From Escherichia coli (GTDB lineage Bacteria > Pseudomonadota > Gammaproteobacteria > Enterobacterales > Enterobacteriaceae), in assembly GCF_003334405.1 (NCBI RefSeq), contig NZ_QOWM01000009.1: a DNA stretch of 64,000 nt, one strand, 5' to 3'. The position numbers were made by a program, and so were the translations under genes. Below are positions 50,755 through 63,254 of the stretch, piece by piece (within the stretch, counting starts at the first letter, position 1; each line of letters opens with the position of its first letter). The notes beneath the pieces were generated by a model. It was given only the letters and a program-made list of their open reading frames with translations, made no database searches and was not told the DNA's origin.

Positions 50755-51540
50755 CTACCAGGCACCGTGGTACTGAATGGTTTTCGCCGCGCACGCCGTT
50801 CCCTGCGCTATCGCCTGCGGTAATGTCATCCCCGCAGACCAGCCGCAAAGGAATCCGGCAATGAACGAATCTCCGGCACCCATGGTGTCGATAACCGTCA
50901 CCGGTTCAGGAGCCTGACGCCAGAACTGCGCGCCATCCCAGGCAATGCTGCCGTTTTCACCCAGCGTGACAATCACTGTTCCTGCGCCACGGGCAACAAT
51001 CGCTTTCATCTTCAGACGCAGCGTTTCGTCTTCTTGCGGTGCGGAGGCAAAGGCAAAATCGAGATGCGGCACCAGTGTCTGCCAGAGCGGGCTGTCCCAC
51101 TTGTCGGAGAAGTCGAAAGCGGTAAGTTTGCCCGCAGCGTGCAGCTGTGGGAATGCGTCTTCCGCATGTCCCCAGATTGCCGCGTGCACAATGTCATACT
51201 GCGCCAGCCAGGCGTAATCCTCTTCACTCAGGGCAAAGTCGGCCATCACGCCTTCGGTGTAGTCGCCAAAAACGCGATCATTGTCGTGCAGTTCCACCTG
51301 AGTTTGTGCGGTAACGCCGTGTTTCGTATGGACATGGCTGATATCGACGCCCATGCGGGCGAGATCCTGCTTCAGCTTTGTGCCGTAGTCATCGTCACCC
51401 ACCCAGGTAATGCATCCCGGCTGTATGCCGTAGCGAGTGCAGTACACCGCCACATTGACCGCATTACCGCCAGAAAACGCTTTATTCAGTTGCGGGTAGA
51501 TATCGACGCAGTTATCGCCGATTGTCGCCAGGGTTTTCAT
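50755..51540 (-). CDS. frlD: Fructoselysine 6-kinase (PfkB family)
   Basis: 261-aa ORF with ribokinase/PfkB C-terminal signature (DTMGAGDSF). Confidence 0.92.
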
Positions 51541-52367
51541 CTCTCATCCTCCGGCAGCAGCGCGCGAAAGCGTTCCAGCGCCTGGCGGGCATAGAGTCTG
51601 GGCTCGTTCATATACATCGTCACCAGCTCCACCGTACAGTAACCCTCATAGCCCCGCTCAATAATATCGCGCATCAGTTCCCGCAGCGGCATTTTGCCTT
51701 CTCCAGGAATGTAATGCGTGTCGCTGGCCCCGTCGCTGTCGACAATATGCAGATGACGTAATTTATCGCCCAGTTTGTCGAAATAACTCATCACCGGTTC
51801 CGCCTGGACATACGGCGCGCAAATGTCGACCATGCTGAACAGGCGCGGCGAAGGCACCAGCGCCAGCGCATGAAGCACATCATTAGCATTACACACGACG
51901 TTCGATTCATACGGCGTTAACGGTTCGAGGATTAGATCCATGCCGATGTTTTCCGCGTACTCACACAGTTCGCTTAGGTTCTCTGCCAGCCGTCCCCAGA
52001 TAACATTAGGTGGCGTGAGATAGCCCGCGTGGGCCGCGGAAATCAGCGTATAACCCGCGTTCATCTCTTTTGCCATATCCATCGCCAGCTTGATCATGTC
52101 GAGGCTTTCGCGACGCATATGTTCATCGCCCAGCATCATGTTATACGGATAGCCGTTGGTTTCTGGCGTATAGCCGATAATCGGCATCTGATACGTCTGC
52201 GCCAGCGCCTTGATTTGTTTGATGCCGCCCGCTTTTAAGTCCGGCGCGAACGCGTGCGGGCGACCGCCCCAAATTTCGATGCCGTCGTAACCCAGCTCGC
52301 TTGCATCACGAAATGCGTGTTCAATAGGCAGCCGCTGGTGGCCGCAGGTAAACATACCTGTTTTCAT
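51537..52367 (-). CDS. frlC: Fructoselysine 3-epimerase (xylose-isomerase-like TIM barrel)
   Basis: 276-aa product [33 protein letters not shown]...; stop overlaps the frlD start by 4 nt; start 29 codons inside the track ORF. Confidence 0.9.
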
Positions 52368-52416
52368 CGGGTAACTCCTTGCGTAAATCCGGCCCGTTGC
52401 CGGGCCGGGAGAGGGA

Positions 52417-53439
52417 TTAATATTCCACCAGACCACCGTAATAGCGGCGTTCATCCGGGTTGTGATCTTTGTAAATAGACAAGTAGTAGCAGAGCCACTC
52501 CATTGGCACGAACATCAGGAACGGTGCCAGCCACGGGTGCAGCCCTTGCGAAATTTCGGCGTAATCGATGACGATCACGTTGTCAGTACGCTGTTTAACA
52601 AAGTTAATGGCGCGTTCGGTGGTGTGGCGACTTTCATCATTGCCGAGCAGGAACAGGAACGGAACGCCCGGTTCGACAATCTCCAGCGGGCCATGGCGGA
52701 ACTCTCCGCTCTCAATCACGCAGCCGTGCGTCCAGGTAAATTCCATCAGCGTTACAATGCCTTCTTTGTAACCCAGCGGACGCAGCGGACCCGCAGCAAC
52801 GGTATAAATCATCGGCCACTGGCTGGCCAGTTCACCAAGCTGGCGGCCTTTTTCTTCCCAGGTGCGTACCAGATGACCGAGCGCATTCGGCAACTGCTTG
52901 AGATCGTTTTTGATCTTGCCGATTTCCGCGTTCGGCGCGAGGCGGGTGATCATCTCCAGCACCACGCTGTAGCAGAGCAGCAGGTGAATTTCCCAGATAC
53001 AGTCGGCCTGATAATCAATGCTAAATTCCGCCGCCGAGGTAATCGGGCTATCCGCGCGTTTGGTGAACGCCGCAGTGAGTGCGCCGCAGGCCCGGCCCAG
53101 CTCCAGCGCTTTGATTACCTCTTCGGTTTTACCGTAGTCAGAAACGCCAATTACTGCGCAACGATCGTCGAGGCGATACGGGGTGTTATCGCAGAACTCC
53201 CAGCCGGAAATGGCGTAGACCTGAAGATCGGAAAAGCGATCCGCCAGATGTTTCGCCGTTTGCGCCGCGTTGAGTGGCGATCCGCAGGCAACGAAATAAA
53301 TACGATCAATGTCGCGCTTCACCATCTCTTCCACGATGGCGTGCACCAGCGGAACGTCATGGCTGAGAACTTTTTCCACTTCCTGAACCATATTTTCGGT
53401 GACCAGAAAGTCCACGGTGCTTTTATCAATATCCAACAT
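52417..53439 (-). CDS. frlB: Fructoselysine-6-phosphate deglycase (SIS domains)
   Basis: 340-aa product [19 protein letters not shown]... with SIS-domain signature ([11 protein letters not shown]); start 7 codons inside the track ORF. Confidence 0.9.
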
Positions 53440-53459
53440 TTTATTTTCTCCAGATAACA

Positions 53460-54848
<1,389 letters not shown>

Positions 54849-55014
54849 TTAAAAGGTAACATGACAATGCATGATGAATATAACAACATATGATGTTATG
54901 TAATGTGGAGGAAGATCACAAAATTTCGCACAGGATCGCGCTGTGGCTAATGGATGTAGTTATCAAATTGAATTTAAAGTGAAAATATTTTTACGGGCGG
55001 GGGCAAGAAGGACA

Positions 55015-55050
55015 TAGAAACAAATACGCCCTCGGAAAATCCAGAGGGCG
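55015..55050 (-). terminator. Putative terminator downstream of yhfL
   Basis: Stem CGCCCTC ... GAGGGCG (55027-55050); on the reverse strand followed by TATTTGTTTC. Confidence 0.35.
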
Positions 55051-55091
55051 TCGGGCAATTAAACCGGTGTTAGCCGATTTCTGTCAGAGAC

Positions 55092-55259
55092 TTACTGTGC
55101 AGTAGGACCGCAACCGCCAATGATTTTAGAAATAGAAATTGCCGGGTGCAGCAGGTAGTCGTAAGAGCAGTTCTTATCACGGTTTTCAATATGACCAGTA
55201 CATGCAGTTAACGTAGCCAGTACTGCACCTACCAGTGCAACTTTAATAAATTTGTTCAT
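55092..55259 (-). CDS. yhfL: Small putative lipoprotein YhfL (55 aa)
   Basis: Manual reverse-strand translation: MNKFIKVALVGAVLATLTACTGHIENRDKNCSYDYLLHPAISISKIIGGCGPTAQ, with lipobox-like LTAC. Below the ORF-track size cutoff; AT-rich upstream region. Confidence 0.8.
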   Translation of the reverse strand: MNKFIKVALVGAVLATLTACTGHIENRDKNCSYDYLLHPAISISKIIGGCGPTAQ

Positions 55260-55473
55260 TTACATTCCCTATGTATTATATATTAATTAATATTCATTGA
55301 TTATATGAATATAAGCAGACTGCTCGTTAAGAACGATACAGGAATATTTAATTGGCGTCAGTGAGCGAATGACTTAATTTTGTAAGTCGCTGTAACGGTG
55401 AATATAACCCATTAGCAGATAATATTTATTAAGGGGCTATGTTTTATTTGCTGAATATATAAAAAGAGTCATT

Positions 55474-55497
55474 AAGAAGGCCAGAATTCTCTGGCCC
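55474..55497 (-). terminator. Putative hairpin terminator downstream of cysG
   Basis: Stem GGCCAGA-ATTC-TCTGGCC just 3' of the cysG stop; on the reverse strand followed by TTCTTAATG (weak U-tract). Confidence 0.35.
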
Positions 55498-55505
55498 GGG
55501 TTAAA

Positions 55506-56879
55506 TTAATGGTTGGAGAACCAGTTCAGTTTATCGCGCAGGCCAACAACCCGACCAATAATAATTAGCGATGGACTGTTCATTTGCTGCGCCAGTTCTC
55601 CCAGCTGTGTGAGCGTACCGTCAATCACGCGCTGCGTGACTGCCGTACCGTTTTCGACAATTGCCACCGGCATTTCGCCTGGCATTCCGTGTTCAATCAG
55701 CTTTTGCTGAATAGTCGCGGCCTGATTCAACCCCATATAGAACACCAGCGTCTGTTTTTCTGCCGCCAGGTTTTCCCAGTCCAGCTCGCCACCGGTTTTT
55801 AAGTGTCCGGTAATTAAGCGTACGCTCTGGGCATAATCGCGATGCGTGAGTGGAATACCCGAATAGGCAGAGCAACCAGAAGCTGCGGTAATACCCGGAA
55901 CCACCGAGAACGGAATACCCGCGTTGCACAGTGTTTCCAGCTCTTCGCCACCACGGCCAAAAATAAACGGATCGCCACCTTTCAGCCGCACCACGCGTTT
56001 GCCTTTTTGCGCTTCCCGCAGCAGGATCTGGTTAATCTCTTCCTGGGGTACGCAGTGGTATCCCGCGCGTTTGCCGACGAAAACACGGTCCGCATCGCGG
56101 CGTACCAGATTCATAATATCGTCAGAAACCAGACGGTCGTAGACCACCACATCTGCCTGCTGAATTTGTTGCAGTCCTTTCAGTGTCAGCAGCCCGGCAT
56201 CGCCCGGACCTGCACCAACCAGCACCACTTCACCGCGATGGTCGAGCGGTTCGTTGATTAACTGTTCGGTCGTTTCAGTAATGGCTTTCTGATCGTTGTT
56301 TGCCAGCGACTGCGCCAGGCGGTCGTTAACGAACAATTTCTCCCAGAAACGGCGACGCTCACCCATCGTGGCGAACTGTTGTTTCACTCGCCCGCGTAAT
56401 TGCCCGGCGTATTTCGCTACCTGGCCCAGATGTAACGGCAGCAGTGATTCAAGTTTTTCGCGCAACAGGCGTGCCAGAACCGGAGAGGTGCCGCCAGAGG
56501 AGACCGCTACCATGAGCGGTGAGCGGTCAATAATCGACGGCATAATAAAGCTGGCGGCTTTCGGCGCATCGACCACGTTACAGAAGATGCGACGAGCTTC
56601 AGCGGCTTCGCTGACGCGCTGGTTAAGCGCGTCATCATCCGTCGCTGCAATCGCCAGCCAGCAGGTGTCGAGAAGGCTTTCATCAAATGGCCCTTCGACG
56701 AGGGTTAACATGCCTGCATCTGCCCATGCGGTGAACTGTGGAATAAACGCTAATGCATTCACCGTTAAGCGAGCGCCTGCGTCTAACAGCAACCTTGCTT
56801 TGCGTTCCGCGACATCACCACCGCCGACAATCAGACAGTCGCGATCGCGTAATTGGCAAAATATAGGCAAATGATCCAC
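55506..56879 (-). CDS. cysG: Siroheme synthase (multifunctional)
   Basis: 457-aa ORF: N-terminal NAD-binding glycine-rich segment ([12 protein letters not shown]) and C-terminal uroporphyrinogen-III methyltransferase signatures ([27 protein letters not shown]). Confidence 0.96.
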
Positions 56880-56897
56880 GTAAAAACCCCTTAGTAA

Positions 56898-57704
56898 TTA
56901 ACCGGCAGCCGTTTCAGTTTGATTAAATTTGTCCGCAACCGGACGATTCGCTTTCGGCGTAGCATACCAATAACCCAATCCCATGAATACGGCACCTGAT
57001 AAAGTATTACCCAGCGTCACCCACAGCAGGTTATGACCAATACCCGCCAGCGTGTAGGCTTCGCTGTGGTTGCCGAACCAGGAGAGCGCGAACAGCGTCA
57101 TGTTAGCGATAGAGTGCTCGTAGCCGGACGCGATAAATGCCAGCAGACACCACCAGATAGCGATAAATTTCGCCGCCCCTTCAGTGCGCAGCGCCATCCA
57201 GATTGCCAGGCAAACCAGCCAGTTACACAATGCACCTTTGAAGAAGAGTACCATTGCCGGTGCAGTGGTTTTAGCCAGCGCGACGGAGTGAACGATGCTG
57301 GTATCTACCGGCAGCAGGCTACCGCCGCCCCAGCTATAGAGCATGGCAACGAAGACGGAACCGACCAGGTTACCCAGCCAGGTTTGCGGCAGGATTGCCC
57401 ACATTTGCCCGTGGCTGATGCTGCCCGCTTTTACCCCAAAGGTGAGGAACATGGTGTGTCCGGTGAACAGTTCAGAACCGGCGATAATCACCAGCGTTAA
57501 GGCGATACCAAAGGTCGCGCCCATCACCAAAGGGCGTACGGATGGATCGAGCAAATTACCGAGCGTGAAAATCAGGATGATCCCAAGACCCACATACGCG
57601 CCCGCCATGGCGGAGCTGACCCAAAAGCCGAGCGGGTTATTTGCCGACAGGCGTGCAATGCGCGCAGCGTTAGCCGCACACTTATTAATAGTGTCTGTAA
57701 ACAT
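56898..57704 (-). CDS. nirC: Nitrite transporter NirC (formate/nitrite transporter family)
   Basis: 268-aa hydrophobic ORF directly upstream of cysG on the same strand. Confidence 0.95.
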   Translation of the reverse strand: MFTDTINKCAANAARIARLSANNPLGFWVSSAMAGAYVGLGIILIFTLGNLLDPSVRPLVMGATFGIALTLVIIAGSELFTGHTMFLTFGVKAGSISHGQMWAILPQTWLGNLVGSVFVAMLYSWGGGSLLPVDTSIVHSVALAKTTAPAMVLFFKGALCNWLVCLAIWMALRTEGAAKFIAIWWCLLAFIASGYEHSIANMTLFALSWFGNHSEAYTLAGIGHNLLWVTLGNTLSGAVFMGLGYWYATPKANRPVADKFNQTETAAG

Positions 57705-57829
57705 TTGATTATCCTTTAAAAAATAAAAACAAAAAATAAAACAAAAAGTTTAAAAAATGTCCTGCAATATACCGAAGATTATTACAGGACCATGCAAAAA
57801 GGGGAGGCATTGCGCCTCCCGTTAAAACA

Positions 57830-58156
57830 TTAACCGCGCAGCTGCACCACGCCGTCTTTCACTCGCGCTTCGTAATGTTTGACGGAAAACTGTTCGTCTT
57901 CCATGCACAAGCCGTCGCTTAAGCGAAAACGCTGTTTTTTCAGCGGGCTGGCGACCCACAGCTCGCCCTGGTGTTCCGCAATCAGTCCGCGTGACAGCAC
58001 GCTGGACTCGAAGAACGGGTCGATGTTGCTGATCGCAAACACCTGATCGCTGTGATACGGGCGGAAAATCGCGACCTGCTCGTCACCTAACAGCGCGCAG
58101 ACGCCGGTTTCAGGCAGGATGTCATCGATTTTGCAGATGTCTTTCCACTGGCTCAT
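57830..58156 (-). CDS. nirD: Nitrite reductase (NADH) small subunit
   Basis: 108-aa Rieske-like ORF; start overlaps the nirB stop by 4 nt (ATGA). Confidence 0.95.
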   Translation of the reverse strand: MSQWKDICKIDDILPETGVCALLGDEQVAIFRPYHSDQVFAISNIDPFFESSVLSRGLIAEHQGELWVASPLKKQRFRLSDGLCMEDEQFSVKHYEARVKDGVVQLRG

Positions 58157-60696
58157 GCGTTGTCCTCCACCAGAGTTACTGGGATACGTTCATACGGCGT
58201 TGCCGGACGGTGCTGTTCGCGCTCTGGCACCATCTGCACGTTCGGGTCACGCTTGTCGCTGTTGATGAAGTGTTTGAAGCGAGTCTGCGCAGACGGCGTA
58301 TTGACCGTTTCAGTCCACTCACACAGTACCGCTTCACGCAGGCGCGCCATCTCTTCTTCCAGATGTGCGTTCAGCCCCAGTTTGTCGTCAATGATCACTG
58401 CTTTCAGGTAATCGATGCCGCCTTCGAGGTTTTCTAACCACGGTGCGGTACGCGTCAGTTTGTCGGCAGTACGGATGTAGAACATCATGAAGCGGTCGAG
58501 ATATTTGATCAGCGTTTCGCGATCGATATCCGCCGCCAGCAGATCCGCATGACGCGGTTTCATGCCGCCGTTACCGCAAACATACAGGTTCCAGCCTTTT
58601 TCAGTGGCGATAATACCCACGTCTTTACCCTGAGCTTCTGAACATTCACGGGTACAGCCGGAGACACCGAACTTCATTTTGTGCGGCGTACGGATGCCTT
58701 TGTAGCGGTTTTCCAGTTCCACGCCGAGGCCGACGCTGTCGCCAACGCCGTAGCGGCACCAGGTGCTACCCACGCAGGTTTTCGCCATACGCAGTGCTTT
58801 CGCATAGGCATGACCGGTTTCGAAGCCGGCTTCAATCAGCTGACGCCAGATCTCCGGCAGATCGTCTTTCTGTGCGCCAAACATCGCCAGACGCTGGGAG
58901 CCAGTGATCTTGGTGTAGAGATTAAATTCACGCGCGATACGACCTACCGCCATCAGCCCTTCCGGGGTGATTTCACCGCCCGGAGAACGCGGGATCACCG
59001 AGTAGGTGCCGTCTTTCTGGATGTTAGCGAGGAAGTTGTCGTTAGAATCCTGCAGCGGAGTATGTTCCGGCTTCAGAATGTATTCGTTCCAGCAGGAGGC
59101 CAGCAGCGAACCGACGGTTGGTTTACAAACTTCACAACCGTAGCCTTTGCCGTGTTTCGCCAGCAGTTCTTCGAAGGTTTTAATGCCTTCAACGCGGATC
59201 AAATGGAACAGTTCCTGACGCGAATAAGCAAAGTGTTCGCACAGGTTGTTGTTAACTTCGATGCCCTGTTTCGCCAGTTCCGCGTTCAGTACCTGAGTGA
59301 CCAGCGGGATACAGCCACCGCAGCCAGTACCCGCTTTGGTTTCAGCTTTCAGCGCCGCAACTGTGTGGCAGCCTTTGTTGATGGCAGCAATCAGATCACC
59401 TTTGGTGACGTCGAAGCAGGAGCAGATTTGCGCGCTGTCCGGCAGTTTATCAACACCGATAGACGGCTTGCCGCTACCCGAGTGTGCTGGCAGGATCAGG
59501 GAATCCGGGTTTTCCGGCAGTTCGATAGCGTTCAGCACCAGTTGCAGCAGGTTACCGTAGTCGCTGGTATCGCCCACCAGTACCGCACCGAGCAGGGTTT
59601 TGTTGTCTTCGCTGACAATCAGGCGTTTGTAGATCTCTTTACTTTCGTCGAGGTAAACGTAGCTACGTGCGCCAGGCGTGCGACCGTGCGCATCACCAAT
59701 ACCGCCTACGTCTACGCCCAGCAGTTTCAGCTTGGCGCTAAGGTCAGCACCTTCAAAGGCGTTTTCGCTACCGAGAATATGGTCAACGGCGACCTGCGCC
59801 ATTTTGTAGCCAGGTGCTACCAGACCAAATACACGGTTGTTCCAGCTTGCGCATTCACCGATGGCGTAGATATCCGGATCGGAAGTCTGGCAGGAATCAT
59901 TAATGACAATACCCCCACGCGGAGCAACGTCCAGACCACACTGGGTTGCCAGCTTATCGCGCGGACGGATACCGGTAGAGAAGACGATAAAGTCGACTTC
60001 CAGTTCGCTGCCGTCGGCAAAACGCATGGTTTTACGCGCTTCAACACCTTCCTGCACAATCTCAAGGGTGTTTTTGCTGGTGTGAACGCGCACGCCCATA
60101 CTTTCGATTTTGCGACGCAGCTGCTCGCCGCCCATCTGATCAAGCTGTTCTGCCATCAGCATAGGGGCAAATTCGATAACGTGGGTTTCAATACCTAAGT
60201 TTTTCAGCGCGCCTGCGGCTTCCAGACCTAACAGGCCGCCACCAACAACGGCACCGCGTTTGCTGCGACGGGCGCAGGATTCAATGGCGTTGAGGTCTTC
60301 AATAGTGCGATAGACAAAGCAGTCCTGAGTATCAGAACCTTTGATTGGCGGGATCCACGGGTAGGAACCGGTTGCCATGATCAGCTTGTCATAAAAAACG
60401 GTACGTCCGGCGCTGGAGTGAATCACCTTCTCCTGACGGTTGATGGTGATAGCGCGTTCGCCGACCAGAACTTTGATGCCGTGTTTCTCGTAGAAGCCTT
60501 CGCGCACCAGCGACAGCTCTTCGGCGGTGTGGTGAGAGAAGTAAGACGAGAGGTGTACGCGGTCATAAGCGATGCGCGGTTCTTCACAGAAAACGGTAAT
60601 ATCAAAGTTGGCCGCATCAGATTTATCAAGAAGATCTTCGATAAAGCGATGGCCGACCATACCGTTACCGATAATTGCGAGTCTGACTTTGCTCAT
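58153..60696 (-). CDS. nirB: Nitrite reductase (NADH) large subunit
   Basis: 847-aa ORF with N-terminal FAD/NAD dinucleotide-binding GxGxxG (IIGNGMVG), Cys clusters for Fe-S, and the sulfite/nitrite reductase siroheme domain. Confidence 0.97.
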   Translation of the reverse strand: MSKVRLAIIGNGMVGHRFIEDLLDKSDAANFDITVFCEEPRIAYDRVHLSSYFSHHTAEELSLVREGFYEKHGIKVLVGERAITINRQEKVIHSSAGRTVFYDKLIMATGSYPWIPPIKGSDTQDCFVYRTIEDLNAIESCARRSKRGAVVGGGLLGLEAAGALKNLGIETHVIEFAPMLMAEQLDQMGGEQLRRKIESMGVRVHTSKNTLEIVQEGVEARKTMRFADGSELEVDFIVFSTGIRPRDKLATQCGLDVAPRGGIVINDSCQTSDPDIYAIGECASWNNRVFGLVAPGYKMAQVAVDHILGSENAFEGADLSAKLKLLGVDVGGIGDAHGRTPGARSYVYLDESKEIYKRLIVSEDNKTLLGAVLVGDTSDYGNLLQLVLNAIELPENPDSLILPAHSGSGKPSIGVDKLPDSAQICSCFDVTKGDLIAAINKGCHTVAALKAETKAGTGCGGCIPLVTQVLNAELAKQGIEVNNNLCEHFAYSRQELFHLIRVEGIKTFEELLAKHGKGYGCEVCKPTVGSLLASCWNEYILKPEHTPLQDSNDNFLANIQKDGTYSVIPRSPGGEITPEGLMAVGRIAREFNLYTKITGSQRLAMFGAQKDDLPEIWRQLIEAGFETGHAYAKALRMAKTCVGSTWCRYGVGDSVGLGVELENRYKGIRTPHKMKFGVSGCTRECSEAQGKDVGIIATEKGWNLYVCGNGGMKPRHADLLAADIDRETLIKYLDRFMMFYIRTADKLTRTAPWLENLEGGIDYLKAVIIDDKLGLNAHLEEEMARLREAVLCEWTETVNTPSAQTRFKHFINSDKRDPNVQMVPEREQHRPATPYERIPVTLVEDNA

Positions 60697-60727
60697 TTTT
60701 GCCTCGATTTCTTTTCTATTACCGCCT

Positions 60728-60798
60728 ACCTTAACGATTCAGCAACCCCGCTTATTGATGTAAATCAAATTCACCTTTATATACTCCTTAATGGGTAT
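60728..60798 (-). promoter_or_regulatory. nirB promoter: -10 element, FNR site and NarL/NarP 7-2-7 site
   Basis: Perfect FNR consensus TTGAT-GTAA-ATCAA at 60755-60768; NarL heptamer pair TACTCCT-TA-ATGGGTA at 60782-60797 (28 bp from the FNR centre, matching -41.5 and -69.5 geometry); -10-like TAAGGT on the reverse strand at 60728-60733. Confidence 0.8.
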
Positions 60799-60957
60799 AT
60801 TGCTGATTTGTATAAATTTTCTTAAGTCACGGAATTGTCTGATATTTCATGTTTGTGCAAAAAATAGACAAAATGAGCGGGTTTATAGAAATAGATGCAC
60901 GTAGCGGGGGAAGAGAGGAAAAGGCCGGACGACGATAGTGCCGTCCGGCATGAGCAA

Positions 60958-62139
60958 TTAATGAGAGGTCAGGGTGTTATGCTGACGGTGACGGCTGACG
61001 AAACCTAACAGGAAGCACATCACAAAGACGACAGCGTACAGACCGTTTGCTGTAAGCAGTGCCGCCTGCGGACCGCTATGTTCAACGATCGGGCCGGTAA
61101 CCACAAAGGTCAACATAGTACCGATGGTTCCGCAGGTCAGGACAAAGTTAACCAGTTTTGGCGACGGTACTTTGGTCTGCTGTGAACCCAGGGTGATGAT
61201 GGTGGTATAGATCGCGCTGGAGAAGAAGCCCAGAGCGAGAATTGACCACGCCATATGTGCTGGTGTTCCGGTGTTAAAGACGTACATCAGAATCGCAGCC
61301 AGACCAGCCAGTACGGTCAGAATGCGTTGCAAATCAAAGAAGCGAAGAATAAAGCTGAACGCCCACATGCCGACCATGTATGACATCCAGAAGTTACTCA
61401 CCAGCGTGCCCGCGTCGTTCAGGCTCATGCCCAGGCCTTTGGCATACTCAGGCACCCAGGAGATAAAACCTAACTGACCGAGGATGTAGCACAACGCCGC
61501 AACAGAGAGAAACAGTACGCCGATCCCCCACTTTTCTTTCTCTACCGGAGCATCCGTTTTTGGCGCATGTTTGCCCAGCGCCGGGAACTCACAGCCGAAG
61601 GTCAGAATAAAAATAGCGACATACACCAGCCCGATGCAGGCATAAACCCAGTACCACTCAATGCTGCGCGCCAGTAGAAACGCGGCGATCATTGGGAAAA
61701 TCATCCCAGCCATACTGAAGAAGGAGTCGGTAAATAACAGGCGGGAACCGCGCTGACGCCCTTCATACATTTGTGTTACCAGGAATGTACCAATCGACAT
61801 GGTGATGCCGCTGACCACCCCGAGAATGAACATCGCCGCCGAGAACAGCGCCAGGCTGTGGCTGAACATCAAACCGGCAACCGCCAGCACCATCAGGAGA
61901 AAGCCAAAACGTAACTGCGTTTTCAACGGGACGATTTCCATCAGCCAGGCGTTGAGGAAGATAGAGATTAAAATGCCGGCGTTGAGGAAGGTGAAGGTAT
62001 TACTCATACTGGAAACAGGCAGATTGAAATAATCGGCGATATTTCCCATCACCATCCCGGTGACAATAACCAACGCACCAGTCAGTGCGTAGGAGAGAAA
62101 GCTAATCCATGTGAGCTTGATGCGATTGCTGTTAGTCAT
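60958..62139 (-). CDS. tsgA: MFS-family membrane protein TsgA
   Basis: 393-aa polytopic [31 protein letters not shown]...; same strand as nirB. Confidence 0.92.
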
Positions 62140-62198
62140 GATTGGCCTGCGTTCAAAAATAAAATGGCATAGCGGGATATGCCGCGAGCGGGCGATTT

Positions 62199-62277
62199 TA
62201 GGTGATTTTGTGATCTGTTTAAATGTTTTATTGCAATCGGTTGCTAAATTGCATTTTAAGAGGTGATTTTGATCACG
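62199..62277. promoter_or_regulatory. Repeated CRP-like motifs in the tsgA-ppiA divergent promoter region
   Basis: AGGTGATTTTGTGATC (62199-62215) and GGTGA-TTTTGA-TCACG (62262-62277); the second is a reasonable TGTGA-N6-TCACA match. Confidence 0.35.
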
Positions 62278-62400
62278 GAATAAAAAGTGAACGTCAGGTT
62301 ACATATATTTCAGATACGTAAAATTAGGTAAAGGGATGGCCTTGTTCTTGAAGGCTATTTAGAATCTCTTCACTTGCTTTTTTTCTGCTCTGTTTGTTAA

Positions 62401-62982
<582 letters not shown>

Positions 62983-62987
62983 TGATT

Positions 62988-63018
62988 TCTCGCGCGGGCA
63001 ATCTTGCCCGCGCTTCTG
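62988..63018 (+). terminator. Putative terminator downstream of ppiA
   Basis: Stem CGCGCGGGCAA-TC-TTGCCCGCGC followed by TTCTGCTCTC (interrupted T-run). Confidence 0.45.
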
Positions 63019-63086
63019 CTCTCCCGGCGTAACCCGGATTTGCCGCTTATACTTGTGGCAAATGGACACGTTCAGGGAGGCATCAA

Positions 63087-63254
63087 GTGAAGAAACTCAC
63101 CGATAAGCAAAAGTCCCGTCTCTGGGAGCTTCAGCGTAATCGTAATTTTCAGGCCAGTCGCCGTCTTGAAGGCGTCGAGATGCCTTTAGTCACTCTTACT
63201 GCCGCAGAGGCTTTAGCGCGCCTTGAAGAGCTGAGGAGTCACTATGAGCGATAA
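63087..63254 (+). CDS. yhfG: Small antitoxin-like partner of Fic (YhfG, 55 aa)
   Basis: Manual translation from GTG 63087 preceded by SD AGGGAGG: (M)[54 protein letters not shown]. Contains S-x3-E-G (SRRLEG). 3' end overlaps the fic start by 11 nt. Confidence 0.8.

Noticed and set aside
57717-57747. A-rich low-complexity tract (AAAAAATAAAAACAAAAAATAAAACAAAAAG) considered as a possible insertion scar or poly-A remnant
   Set aside because: It lies within an operon spacer and is a U-rich tract on the coding strand adjacent to hairpins, so it is better explained as part of an intrinsic terminator/attenuator-like structure (reported as a finding).
58681-60198. 505-aa forward-strand ORF inside nirB
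   Set aside because: Antisense to nirB across its conserved cofactor-binding regions. Composition is dominated by Arg, Ala, Phe and Val, as expected from reverse translation of a high-GC3 gene; no motifs.
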